Assembly (NCBI GenBank): GCA_009103225.1 | Contig: RHPI01002990.1 | Coordinates: 767,819-831,818 of the forward strand | Origin: Chlorokybus atmophyticus | Taxonomy: Eukaryota > Plantae > Mesostigma and Chlorokybus algae | DNA: 64,000 bases | Reading direction: 5' to 3' | In this document: positions 1 to 12,739 of the stretch, in pieces | Position numbering within the stretch: position 1 is the first letter of the stretch | Layout of the letters: every line of letters starts with the position of its first letter | Made by a program: the position numbers and the translations under genes | The notes under the pieces: model-generated | What the model was told of the DNA's origin: nothing | Seen by the model: only the letters and a program-made list of their open reading frames with translations | Databases searched by the model: none

Positions 1-1388
1 ATCAATGGGATCAAGAACCCAATGCCTGCCTTCGGCACCACCATTGGAACGGCCGCGGTCAATGGCTTCCACAATCTGATGATTGCAAGGTAAGCAGAAA
101 CAATAGACCGTGTCTGCGGTGCTTTGCGCTACCTCAAGCATGTAGTAACCTGTTCTGCTGTCAATTCAATGGCGCTGCCATCCGGACCTGCTGTGGTCAA
201 TGCTTCATTGACACTGGCTACAATGCGTGCAGTCATTACATCGCCGCCCTTGCCTTCGAGGTCTTTGGAATCCTACGGCCCAGTTTCATATTTATATAAA
301 GTGCATCGCAACAGCAAGTCAGGTTGTAACAACTGTGCACTACCTCTTCAGCAACAAGTGAGATGGGAGCATCCGGATATGCCTGTTGCAAGGCCCAACT
401 GACAATTGCCTGAGCACCTGCCAATCACAATACTTGAATAAGCGCACATACTGGAGACGTCCTTTTGTATTACTGTAACATTTTGTGCAACTGCCGTACC
501 AAAGTCTGCAATGGTGACGGGGGAGTCGTCCTCCTTGTCCAGCTTTTCGTTTGTCTTCAACCGGCGCTGGACCAACTGCAATGCACAGATTGGAATCGTC
601 ACTACCCTAATCTCGTGCTCATGGACATGCCACATCAGTCCATCATCCTCGTTGCAGAAACTGGACATGGACAAAACATTGACACCAACAGCCTGCATCG
701 CTATGTCTCTTGTCATGCTTCTTCTCACATCAACTTGCATTGCTTTCAAGTACGATTGCAATAGCTATCACATTTCATATGCACGTGCTCATCTTTGCCA
801 ACACTACTGCATGCAAATAAAAGTACATTCGTTCTTGCTGTGCGGCATCCCGTTAGCACTACTAGATACTCGCATGCAGTGCTAGGACTGCTTGTGGAAA
901 CAACGCATTCTGACATCCCACAAGGCATGATTTGCTACTGGTATCTCATAGGTAGTAATGCCGCATTTGGCACTGCTACCTATGTTTGACCAGCGCATTC
1001 TGTCAAGCATGCAGTGTCTATCATTGATGCTGCTCAGAACAATATATTGGTCGTGCTCATGCGGCTACACCTCCAAGTGTGACAGGGACTGTGCCGAGCT
1101 GACACAATCGCAATGCACCGTTCGTGAGGTCAAGTATCACATCCACATCAACGACGACAGCAACAGGCTCACCCTGCAGAGGCCGGAAGCCAGCCGCACC
1201 GCCCGCTTAGCGACCTCAAGCTCCTTCTCGTACGCCATGGAGGCTGCGACGGGGCTGCGGGGGCGGAAGCAGCGCTGCTGCGGCACACTACGCAGAGGTG
1301 GCAGGACACGCTCTTTACCAAGCAAACCAGTACGCCTGATCTGGAATGCCGCCACCGCCGCCGCCGCAGGCAACCGCACACACAGCAT
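1..1388 (-). CDS. SAL1: 3'(2'),5'-bisphosphate nucleotidase / inositol polyphosphate 1-phosphatase (SAL1/FRY1-like), 3' end outside window
   Basis: Phase-consistent exons 1388-1173, 575-500, 417-344, 272-150 and 75-1. They give an Ala/Arg/Ser-rich transit-like N-terminus, then YEKELEVAKRAVRLASGLCR-LVQRRLKTNEKLDKEDDSPVTIADFGAQAIVSWALQQAYPDAPISLVAEEDSKDL...IVEAIDRGRSNGGAEGRHWVLDPID. These are the KxDxSPVTxAD, AEE and WxLDPID motifs of the FIG/IMPase family. Confidence 0.95.
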
Positions 1389-1815
1389 AGCTTACGGCAA
1401 TGCGCGTGCGTGCGTGAAGGGCAGGCATGCCTCTGAGCTGGCTTCCCCTCCGTGCTGATCCCAATGCCCTTCCGTGCGATTCACAGCTCCCTCGCAGCGC
1501 GCGAGCCTGTCCTGCACCCCGGCACGAGGATGTGAACTATTAAGTTCACTGCAGTCAACTGCGATTCACTGTTGTTCAGTTCGCTGATCTATGCAAGCAG
1601 ACACTGCTAGTGATTCACACTACCAGTGGTAGTTGTCAAGCGAGTTTAGCTCACTTGTTCACCGCGAGCCGCAGAGTGATTGAAACAAATTTCAGTTCAC
1701 TACACTCTGACCAAAGTGAACTATGTTCGCCGGCAACACGTACGATTGTTTTCCCGCCAACTTTGCAGCGGCGGTGGTTCTTTCGTCCTGCGTGGTGGCG
1801 GACGTGGTGGTAGGG

Positions 1816-3115
1816 ATGGCCAGCTGCCACAGCTGCTGCGTGCGGCTGGGGTTGCTGAGGCTGCAGCGTCACGGTGGGTCGGTGGGCGGCCAAGTATCTG
1901 CTGTGTATGGCTTTCCTCTGCGACATTCCCGGCCTGGTGAAGGCCCCGTCTCTCATGCGTGGTGCTTGCGATCAGCCAGGCTGCAGACGCGTGCTTGGTC
2001 CGGGCAAGAAGGGTTTGCAAGCACCAGCGGGCGGGATGAGAGTGGGGCAGCGAGGGAGCAGCTCACTGACGCGCAGCAAGCCAAAGCGGCCAAGTTTCAG
2101 GCGTTGCAGAGTCAAGTTGATGCTATTTCAGCTGCTGACAGGGCTCAGCGTGAGTGGGAACAGCAGGACAACACTCCTGAGCAACAGCGCGCGAAGAAGG
2201 ATGCTCTGGCTATGCTCAACAGACGGTATGCAGCTGATTGCGCACGCACATTTACATGCAACTGCCTTACCTCAGAAAGGTAAGGCAGTTGCATGTAAAT
2301 GTGCGTGCATGTCCGCATGTGAGAGCTGCTTGCATTGCATGCAGTACCTAGTAGCATCCGCACCTCTAAAGTTTGCGGTTCCGTTACTTACTGCGGAGCC
2401 TGCACTTTGTAGCAATGACATGCCTCTTTGTGCACAGGGCATTGTCAAAGGCTGAACTAGAGAACAAATTGAGGTCAAAGGGACATGAAGCTTCTGCCAC
2501 ATCAGCAGCAGTGGCCATGATGCAGACGCAGTAAGTTGCACTCAAATGTTGTTCTGCTCGCATGACAGTGTTGTACTGTGCACTCTGCTTTTCGACCAAC
2601 TATTGGCATAGCTGTGTTGCCGTTACAACTTCAATTCTTGCTTGTGTACGTGCAGTGGTTTCCTGAATGATACGGCCTATGCCTCATCTTTCGTGAGGCA
2701 GAAATGGAGAAGCACAAAATGGAGTGCGTATCGGCTGCGCCAAGTAAGCCTCTCACTGTGTGCATGCAGTGTACACAGAGAATGACATGGTTCTTGCCAA
2801 CAGGGGTTGAAAGCAAAAGGCATTGCTGGGAAGGATGCCGATGATGCGCTTACAGAATTGTTTGGAGAAAATCAAGGCCGAGTCATGTCGCTGCGACAAA
2901 GCCCTGACTTGGAAGAGCAGCAAGCGCAGCCATTCCCACCTTTGGTATGCAGTACGCGACCGGAAGAGCAGTTGCTGGAGGCAGCACTCAAGCAGTGGAC
3001 CAAGAGTGCCGGAAAGGATGTTGAGAAGCGCAAGCAGCGCCTCATTGGCTGGCTGCAGCGGCGCGGACACTCTTGGGCTATCATTAGCCAGATTCTGCAG
3101 CAGGTACCCAAGTAA
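1816..3115 (+). CDS. recX: RecX family regulatory protein, organelle-targeted
   Basis: Exons 1816-2225, 2438-2530, 2656-2743 and 2804-3115, all GT-AG and in phase. Translation includes KDALAMLNRRALSKAELENKLRSKG, GFLNDTAYASSFVRQKW, RLRQGLKAKGI and RKQRLIGWLQRRGHSWAIISQIL, matching the three-helix RecX repeats. The N-terminus is transit-peptide-like. Confidence 0.9.
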
Positions 3116-4947
3116 CAACATGCGTAGATGTTGTGTTACTGTTAGCCTGGATGCCATAGAGTCCTCACTTTGCATAATTCAGTGTAAGACTGCATGCCAT
3201 TTGTATGTCTCCTGCCCATTCTGCACCTTAAAGGTACAATTGTCGAAGACTAGTTGACGTCATGACCGACATATCTATTTGTGAAGTTACGATATCATTA
3301 TAGGTGGACGGGCAAGCATTTTCTTTTTAATGTATTGCGCACGACCGACATACCAAATTGCTTATTATGTAGTAAGTTGCGTGTAGGGCGCTACATTGTA
3401 TGATTCCATTTGTTGCGAATGCACCGTTTGATATAGCGCCATGCATACATGGTATTACTCAATGCATGTACTTAAAAGCAAGTGGCATAATGAATCATGT
3501 AGCAATCCCACTTGTTTTCAAGTACATTCAGTGAGTAATACAATGACTGCTTCACGGTTCATGATGCCAATTTGAAAGGCAAAGTATTGTGGATTTGCTT
3601 CTTTAATCATGCCACACCTAATTGCCAATTACAAATGCTTACGCTTAAATGCATCATGTACAAAGGATTGCAATGCATATGGTGTTGCGTAAGCACGGGT
3701 TGTTGCATTTGCATATGATCTTTTTGCATGTAACCACCTCGAACTTTTCCTCGGTGTGGTTATTATTAATCTTGTGCTCATGTCATGCGAGGACACAATA
3801 CCATTATACAAGTAAGCATGTAGTGATATGATCAAACGCGGATTGTAATTGATTGGTGCATACATTGTTATTAATGATATTTGATTGAGGCATGATGAGT
3901 ACGAATACATAATCAACTGTCTATAGAGCCCCCCGTGATGGTGTTGAAGTTGAAGCCGATAATTGTGCTTGTTCCTTATGCAAACTGTGCGTTTTACCGC
4001 CTTGTATTGTCTTCGTCTAAATAACGGACATGGACACCAGCGCTCACATCACTATTGTGACCAACAGCCTGCATTCAAACAACACAACTTGTAGGCCCCT
4101 AACACAACTTGAAGGGCTGGTGATGACGAATAAGACTCATTAATGATGACGCGCGATTCATTGGCCCCCCTCGCGTGACCACAAAAGGACGGAAAGAATC
4201 CGCCTGCTCCTGGGCCACGGCAGCAAGCAAGCACCTGCTCACACACACAACCAAACGCCCGAGGCAAAGCGAGCAAGCAGCTTCAGCGCAAGCGAGCAAA
4301 GCAGGCACAGCAGTGAAACGGGCCAGCAGGGAGCAACCACGCCGTGGACGCTAGCTAGTCGGTGTCAGAGTGCGGGGTTGTGAGGGTTGGCGGGGACGAC
4401 GGCGAGGGCGGCGACGGGGTTCGAGGAAGAGGGTGGGGGGTGAGGTTGTCGTGGATGTGGCTGCAGGTGTATGAGGCTGGCTTCCGGAGAACAAGGTCGG
4501 AGTGGTGGCTGTTGCGAAGTTACACTTGAATGTCTGGAAGTGGACGGCTGGCCTGGTGCGTGGGTTTGTGCATGATCGTAAGATCAGCCGTTGTTTCTCC
4601 TTTTGGAACTCCAGTGGATTGGACGGGTGGGACGCACAGTGGTGATGCGACAGGGTAGTTGTTGATTGCAGTGTTCATGCCTGGTTGATGCCCCAGTACT
4701 GAGATGTATGCCTGCGCCACTCCTGCGTTTTGTATTTGTAGCTTGACGCACCTCCCGCCAATTCTAAACGACAGAATGTGCGTTTCACCAATGTGAATGT
4801 GCCAGTTTGCAATCTGCTTCGCACATGTTGTCAAACAAGTCAAGCGCAATCCCTAAGCAAACGTTCGCCTGTTGCTGCTGCAGCTGCTTGCATGCCCGGA
4901 CGTGTGCGTTGGCCAGCAATCCACACTGAGCGACAAGGTGCATAGCG

Positions 4948-7788
4948 ATGGTGACCACACGATTGCGTGCCCGCGAGGCGCGCAACATCAATGCAATGCT
5001 GCCAGATGCAGTCTTGCTGCAGGTATGCCCTCGTGGTCATACTTAGCAAACATTGCGTTTTCATTTGCTGCCATTGTGTGTGTTGTGCAAGGCGGATTCT
5101 CATCATCTGCTGCCTTTTGCCTTGCAGATATTCGACCAGCTGGGTGCCATACAGCGAGCTGCATGTGCGCTCACCTGTAAACGCTGGCTGGAAGTGCTTG
5201 TGAGTGCATACTGCATGCAGCGCGTGCATTTTGCATCTGCAATTCAGTCACTCACATGGATCGGCGGTTCATGTTTCTTGGTCTCATAGATTGCCATTTG
5301 GACTCACCATCATGGTCATCTGTTGGCATACTGTTGTTCGCAGAGTGCGTGCTGTTACAGGCCAGTGCAGTGCTTACAATAACAGCATGGCCCATTCTGA
5401 GCATATTATTACAGCCTACACTGTTGCCAGTCGATTTGTATATCATGATAGTGGTGGTGACTTGTGGCAGGCGTCTGTTCGTTTTGACCTTAAGATCAAG
5501 ACGTCCATCACTTCTTTCCAGGTGTGTCGCAGTGGATGTCATGATTACTAACATGAAGCAGAATCGACAATGCTTTGTCAGCAAGCCAAGTTGCGTGTTG
5601 TTGGGCTGTTGACACTGGTGTTCTCTCGTCTTGACAGATGGCGCGGCTTGCAACCCGGTTTTCAGCAGTCACAGACATTGATTTGTCGGGGCTGTCTAGC
5701 GGTGTTTGGGGCGACCCAAGGTGGTGCAACTGCAATGTGGTCTCCGACAGCATAACAGACGCAACGCTCAGTGTAATAGCACACGAGTATGGGCCCACAT
5801 TGTTGAGGTTGGACTGTTCCGGATGCAAGCGTGTCACTGACAACGGTCTTGCCTCGATTGCCTCATCCTGCAGGTACAATTTTCGCTGTTGCAATGGCTA
5901 CATTTGTACATATCAGTAGGCATGGTTTGGTTGTCCAGCTTAGGCATTGACATACATTTCATTGTCCATCACTGGTTGCAGCTCCTTGAGAACACTGAAG
6001 CTTGCAAATTGCACTGGGATCGCCAACAAACGCGGGCTGTGTTCGATAGCGCTCAGCTGTTTAGAGCTGAGGGTTCTAAATATCAGCTACTGCAAACAGG
6101 TACTTTTCAATATGTAAGCCGTGCACACTGGTATTGACGTTGTGTAAGGTGTTGTTGGTGTTGTGTGACATTGACTGTGCTCAGGTAGACGACCGCATCC
6201 TGAGAGCCGTTGCAAAGCTGCCGCGACTCGAGGAACTCGACCTTTCCAATTGTTGCAAGGTCACTGAGCACGGGCTGCGCTTGCTTGCAGAAGGTTGCCC
6301 CAAGACACAGCTGAAGTCCTTCAGGTTTACGCATAGCCACTGCACAGCTGATGCTGGGCTTCTGGCCATTGCACAGAACTGCAGGTGCTTGTTGCACAAA
6401 CATAACTATCCCCATCAGGGCATATGATGTTGTGCGATGCAGTCAGTTGTGCAATGCGTATTCAGCTTGATGGATGCATTGTGGTCATGCAGTTCATTAC
6501 AAGCGTTGGTGTTGGACAAATGCCGTGCTGTCACGGACAATGTCCTGATGGCTGTGGCTAAGAATTGTCCTGCTCTGCGGCATCTGAGCTTGGCGTGGTG
6601 CATTCGGTTCAACACTCTGGACTATCGGCCGTGCACCTTCACCACAAAAGGCCTGCAGGCCATCGCTGATCACTGCCAACTGCTGGAAGCTCTTGTGCTG
6701 GACATGTGTCTGGGTAAGCCATAGAAAAGTCAATGACTAGTCTTGACTTACTCAGAGTGATTGGAATCAACTGGTGGTGATGATGGTCCTGTGCCATCTA
6801 ATCAGTGTCGTTAGAATTTGCTAGATCACATCGCCTTCGTATGCACACGCATATTCATTCAGTTGCGTAAGTCTTGTCTTTGATGACTTGCTGCGTTGTC
6901 GAAGACGTACCATACGCTCGAGCAGTTCAGTCCTTGTTACAAGCTGCATACATCTGCATACCTGTTGATGATTGATCATCATGACCACAGGTGTGGATGA
7001 TGCGAGTCTCATCAGGATGGTACAGAATTGCCCAAAACTGCGGCAGTTGGGCCTAAGGTATCTGCCTGTGACGGACGCATCGCTTGTTGCAATGGGCAAG
7101 TATGCGCCCAACTTGGAGTTTCTGGACGTGGCTGGCAATGGAGGGACGGAAGCAATGGTGGGCAGCATGATGTCAGACCAGCGAGTTGGACGAACAGGAC
7201 TCGTTGCTCTTGCAAAGGGTTGCCATCGCCTCCAAACGCTCATTCTCGATACATGTCCAGGTATATAATGTGAATGACTTCCCTGACCCTGATTTTATCA
7301 AACAGAGCCCCTCTACAAACTCGTTTCATCCACGTATCTGCATGTGGTAATCGACATAGCTGTGGCCATGTTTTGCAGGGGTTGACAACGAGGCACTCGC
7401 TGCCATTGCGGAGAACTGCCCTGAACTGCAGCATTTGTCGCTCAACGATAGTGGCCGGCGCTTAAATGGCTTGGGCATGCAGGTACGACTTTAGAAAAAG
7501 CTTTACTGCAGGTTGCAGCTCGCGCTTCGAATAACACCAAGCAGAGTGTTTTACCACACGTTTTTGTCATGTGGTCGTGTTGTAGTCATGTCGTCATACT
7601 GTTGTTTGTTGTTATCGAAGCAGGCGATATTCAAAGGCTGTAGAAAGCTCAAACGTCTGGAGGTACGGCGTTGCCGAGAAGTTGTGGCATGGGGTGAAGG
7701 TTGCAAGTGGGGTCCTAAGCCCGACGGCTGCGTTGTGGAGTACTTCAGCGTCGCTTGGTGGCCAGACAGCCGGTACCACTACTACTGA
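4948..7788 (+). CDS. F-box/LRR-repeat protein (FBXL/AMN1-type cysteine-containing LRRs)
   Basis: Exons 4948-5022, 5128-5199, 5471-5521, 5638-5873, 5982-6099, 6185-6384, 6493-6713, 6991-7260, 7379-7482 and 7624-7788 join in phase. The F-box reads MLPDAVLLQIFDQLGAIQRAACALTCKRWLEV. It is followed by many LxxLxLxxCxxVTDxxLxxIAxxC repeats. Confidence 0.92.
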
Positions 7789-8962
7789 TTTGGTATGTGA
7801 CGAGCTGCTTCACAGTGTCCATTGCTTGGCAGTTTGCATACGCCAGCAGATCAGTTGCATGGCCTTATGTTATCTGGCAGTGTGGCATCTCTCTTGCGAC
7901 TAGCCAAATGTGTGCATGTCTTTCTGGCGTGTTTTGTACAGTTCACCTTACCTTTCTGTAGGATGGATTCGGGATGTTGCTATGTAGTATTTCTGTTAGT
8001 AATTGTAGTGGTGACTGTTCCTTTCTTAGTCGCCCTTGCAAACAAGCCCCTAAGGTTCTTTGTTGCCCAACAGGGTTGTGTGTATCATTGACCGCGCGGA
8101 TGTGCAAGTGTAAGTTCAGGGTGTAGCATCGAGGGGTCCCCCAGTACCAGTAGCAAGCAGACATATCAGTGACACAGCATAATTGAATCTACCAGGCAAA
8201 CACATGCAGGACAACCCTCTATCAGCCTAAGCTACGCTAAGCCTGCTCCTATGAATACTCTCTGACTCTCTATATTACATCCAAACGTGACCAAGACTCA
8301 GTGTCAAAGCCATAACGCTAACACAACCACACAAGCCCAATACAACAATAAGGCAAGTGCACATCACAACATCTCAACTATGCACACTATCATGCATCAG
8401 CTGGATGAGCCTCACATCAAGAGCACCGCCACGTCCAACACATCTGACAGGGATGTAGTCATCAGGGTAGGTCGTGGTGATGGCCAGCCCGAGCACACGA
8501 ATACAGCGGCCATGATATGCTCCCCACTGGTGGCGTCGTGCATACTCTACTGCCTCACCTTGTCTGTGCCATTGCCGTTGCTGTTGAGGATGCTGCGGTA
8601 GTGAGCTCATAGAGATGCCTAGCAGCACTGCAAAAAATGCGAACTTTGGGTTTATGCAGAGCACTGTTTGCAAGTGCGAACGCGAGCTCTTCTACTATGC
8701 CAAGGCTTGCATGTCATTCAAAAGGCGTTTGCTCTCCTCTGGCAAATGTGCCATGTTGGACGACAACCGCAAGAATCTATAACATTGTGACACCAAGCTT
8801 GCTTTTGCTCATGGAGAGGGCAGGAAAGCATACAAACCACCTGCGAATGCTTGTTGCTCACGCCTTCAAGGTGTGTGCATTAAACCACACAAAACAGCTA
8901 TGCTTCATTTGATTAGCGAATTATGCAGCACTGCAACAGGCAACTACTTAACAGTCCTTCTA

Positions 8963-11865
8963 TTACGCATTACAAGCAGCATTTGTACTACGCGCAGCTG
9001 TCACTGCGAAAGATGTACTCCACCAACCGCATTGCGCATCAATACATAGCAACCTGTTCGCGCCAGAATCGGTTACAACAGTTGCTCCCGCTGCTGTTGG
9101 CTCCGCGTCATCGCTGCATAGACTGACCCTTGTTGGCGTTGAGCGCTGCTCACAGTCCCCCAGTCCCAGCTACAAGTCAAAACGTGTATGTGATGCACAG
9201 CTCCGTAGAAATACTTCAATGCAACACATCTCCGTTGCATCCTGTGTACACTGGCTGCGTACCTGACCGTACTCGTTCCAGCCCCATGAAAAGGCTGATC
9301 CATTAGCTACAAGCAGCGCACACGAGCATACGTGTCAACAATGGGTATGCAAGTGGGCGATGTTTCAGTGCATAGCGTTTCTGCACAGTACTGCAAATCC
9401 ACTCACTGGTGATTGCAACAGTGTGACGTGCGCCGCATGATATCCGTTGGAGTGAATCCAACGACTCCAGCAAACAAGGCAACACCTGAAAACCAACCTT
9501 GTTGTTCAGTATTAGCAGCCACACAAAGTACATGTCGTAGTGAAGCAACCCAAACGGCAAGACCAACGTTATGGTCATGCCTCGCTCTGTCGCTGTCCGC
9601 TCCCGACTTGCCCAAACTTGTTCCACCCGAAACAGTAGCCGGAGCCGTCACCAGTGAGACAAGCAGTATGCCAAAGACCTGTAGTTTGATGCGTCAACAA
9701 CACAACTCTGATTGACAGTTTTGCTTTCAAAGGCATGCAAATGGAGAAAACCTACGTGTCCATACCGGCGGACACGGCGGTAACGCGCAGGCCGTTAAGG
9801 GCAGCAACCAGTGTTGGTTTGCTCGCATCGTCTGATATCCCGTGACCTGTCTGGCCATATAAGCCCCATCCAAATGTGTACAAATGCCCCTGGGCTGCAG
9901 AGCACATACTGAGTGTGAGCCCACCTATCATCAACAGGAAACTCAAAGCACCTGACCAAAACATGATGATGCGTTGTTTATGCAACAGTACACTACCTGA
10001 TGTGTCGTAGCTTATATGCGACACGATATAGGATGCTTGTGCAAACGCGCAAGCACGCTTGCACATGCGCAAGCATGCGTGCTCATGTGCAACCTCGCGC
10101 ACGCACGCTTGCTCGCATCCCCCCCTCCACCCACCCCACCCCACCCCACGTGCACACGCATGTGCGAGACAAAGTGCCCTGTAACAGGTGCTAGTGATGG
10201 TTGTTGCCAACATGCCTGTAACAACAGCGCTGTGGCGAGCACCGCATGCAACCGCCACGGCTCGGTCATGAGGCCACGCAGCTTCGGACCAGACAGCTGG
10301 TACACGTTGCGGCTCGCTACACGAGCTGGCACCAGCATGTGCCACAGCTGCCTTGTCTAAGCCAAGCTGGCTATCTGCGTTGTCTCCCCAGGCGTAAATT
10401 TGTCCATCATCTGCATCACACACAACCAGTCAGCACTGCTGCAGTGTTGTTATGCGAGTGCATGCGTGTACCTGTGAGTGCGAGACTGTGACGGTCGCCA
10501 GCTGCGACAGACACCACTTTGACTGAGGGGTTGAATGGCACTTTGGTCAAAGGGAAGAGCGATGTGTATGCGTTTGAACTGCCTGCCAGCAAACGTTTGT
10601 TCATGCACTCGCTGAAAGTGTACTCCATCCTTGCAACAGGTTTGTCAAGCAGTGACCTTGACTACAGCAATCCGTGTTAGTTGCTAGTAACCCACCAGGA
10701 ATGGCTTGCTGATGCCCATTCCATCCGCCAGCAAACACAATACCTCCCTCTGCTCTTCACACGCACAAGCATGTTGGTTCAAGCAGCCGCGGGTGTAGTA
10801 TCAAATTTGTATTGTATGGGGTCGGAATCCTCACGACTCCTGTCATCAAACTGCTCAAGTGTGCTACCTGAGCAGGCGACAACATGCGCCCAACCAGCTG
10901 CTGCAACCTTTACGCGATCATCATGCGATGAGGATTGATGGATGGGCAGCTCGCATAAGCCGCTCTGCTGCGATAGTAGTGTCACACCCACACTTTGGTA
11001 CAATTGTTTCAAGTCCTCACAGCCGCTGGAGGTGTGCACATACCGTATGTGATGTAAATGTTGAGCTTGTTGAGGACGTATCCTCACTGTGCTGTGGTAG
11101 CTCACCCCAACCGTACAGTCGGCCCTCACCTGCATACGCAGGCACACTCAGTCAGTGTGCAAATACAAGTTTGACACTGGACGCCCACCATTGCCCCGCA
11201 TACGCGCAAACCTTGTCGTGGCGTGTTGTTGACATGCTGTGCATTGTCAGTACATGCATCCCAGCTTTTACTACTAAGCCGAGAGCGAGTTGCACCAAGC
11301 GGCTGTAGTCTACTGCTCATAAGGGCGGCTGGCATGCAGCTGGCATTGGCACATTGCCAGGTGTGCATTCAGCACAGCTAAGCGTCCTGAGCACGGATAG
11401 ATTATGCATCCACACCAAGATAGATGAATACGTGATTGGTCAGATGTCACACAGCGGCCACCTTGACCCTGAGTTGCAACGACATGAATTGCCAAAGCAG
11501 CGACGGTAAACAGGGTGAACATGCAAGCAACAATGAAAGGTTGTGTTTCGTTCAAGGCAGCACGAAGAAAGAGGGGTGCAGTATAATATTACTGGTTAGC
11601 ATTTCAAGCCATTATATGCTAACTCTGCTTGTTGATGGCTACCTGACACGAAGAGAGCAAAGCCATAGCCGCCTCCCGCGCTGCTGGCAGCAGCAGGCAC
11701 AGGCACAGGCACGGGCACATGGTAACGTAGCGAGCCCGGCCCCTCTGCCCCTGTCCCCGCCCCTGCCCGTGCCTCTTCTCTTCCCGGTACTGACCCCGCC
11801 ACGTAGCCGCACACCAGCCATGACACCGCCGGTGCCGCCGCCGCCGCCGCCGCCGTTGCCGCCAT
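8963..11865 (-). CDS. RCC1-repeat protein resembling the plant TCF1/UVR8-like subfamily
   Basis: Exons 11865-11643, 11129-11044, 10967-10868, 10749-~10695, ~10629-10472, 10410-10216, 9894-9766, 9678-9581, 9485-9407, 9306-9263 and 9169-8963. Motifs: AGGGYGFALFVSGEGRLYGWG, AAAGWAHVVAC, VAAGDRHSLALT, GQIYAWGDNADSQLG, ACGARHSAVVT, GHLYTFGWGLYGQTGHG, CFGWNKFGQVG, FSWGWNEYGQLGLG, CGWWSTSFAV. One internal junction is uncertain and two introns need GC donors. Confidence 0.9.
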
Positions 11866-12739
11866 GCATTCCCACACCGCGGGCCCCGCAGTGACCGTGG
11901 CTGGGCTGGTGCCTGCAAGTTGAACTGACGGTAGAGCCACAAAGCCCGCTACACAAGGAAGGTTGCGGGCTGTACTGCAGTGATGCGTTTGAGAGATTGA
12001 TGAGACTGCAGTAGTACAAAGCAGCGTGCTAGAGACGAAAGTTGCCCAGTTACAAGGCTTGCTTTTATGGGTTGGGTGCATTGTGTGCACCGTTCCACAG
12101 TGCAGTTGCCTGGTTGTAATGTGTATACAGAATAGTATGGATGTGTGTGAAGTACTGCACTGCTTGGATGGGTATAACCCGCAATTGGTTCTTCGGTGGA
12201 GCAACATGAGACAGCTGCCGCGCGACGCAGCTGTGCTTTAACAATGTGCAAGCGTTGTACGCAAACCATGCACACCTTAAAAAAGTCAAAAGACAAGCAA
12301 GGGGAAGCAAGAGTATGTGCGCAGCCGGCAGAGTGTTTCTCTTCAATCTTATTGTGCAAGTAACACTCAACACTGGCTATGCACATGTGTTGCACGGGAA
12401 GCTCTGAGACATTGTAAACACAGGCTTGGTGCAAGTCTCCAGTCAGCGTCTGGTCCATTACTGATTACCTTCCTACTCACAACGTTGTTGCTTTCCTCTC
12501 ACTCTGCTTGTTACCATATGCACGTGGTGTTACACTGCCGCCGAGGACGACCACCGTGCTTGCATAGCATGTGCTCTGTGCCTGGAAAGATGAGCATGTT
12601 TACAACGGCCATGGCACGCGATGGCAGAGTAGAAGCAGACAGCCCTGCAAGTGACACATACCTTCAGCGGTGCCAACAGTGTAACTGTTAAGCATAACAT
12701 GTAACGATTAAACAACACGCAGGCAAAAGTATGGCATAG

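Noticed and set aside
7963-8091. Short hydrophobic ORF MDSGCCYVVFLLVIVVVTVPFLVALANK...
   Set aside because: It lies in GT-rich 3'-flank sequence where hydrophobic translations arise by composition; no family support.
9961-10004. ATGATGA...CTGA pair resembling a C/D-box snoRNA
   Set aside because: It is too short (about 40 nt) and antisense to the host RCC1 intron.
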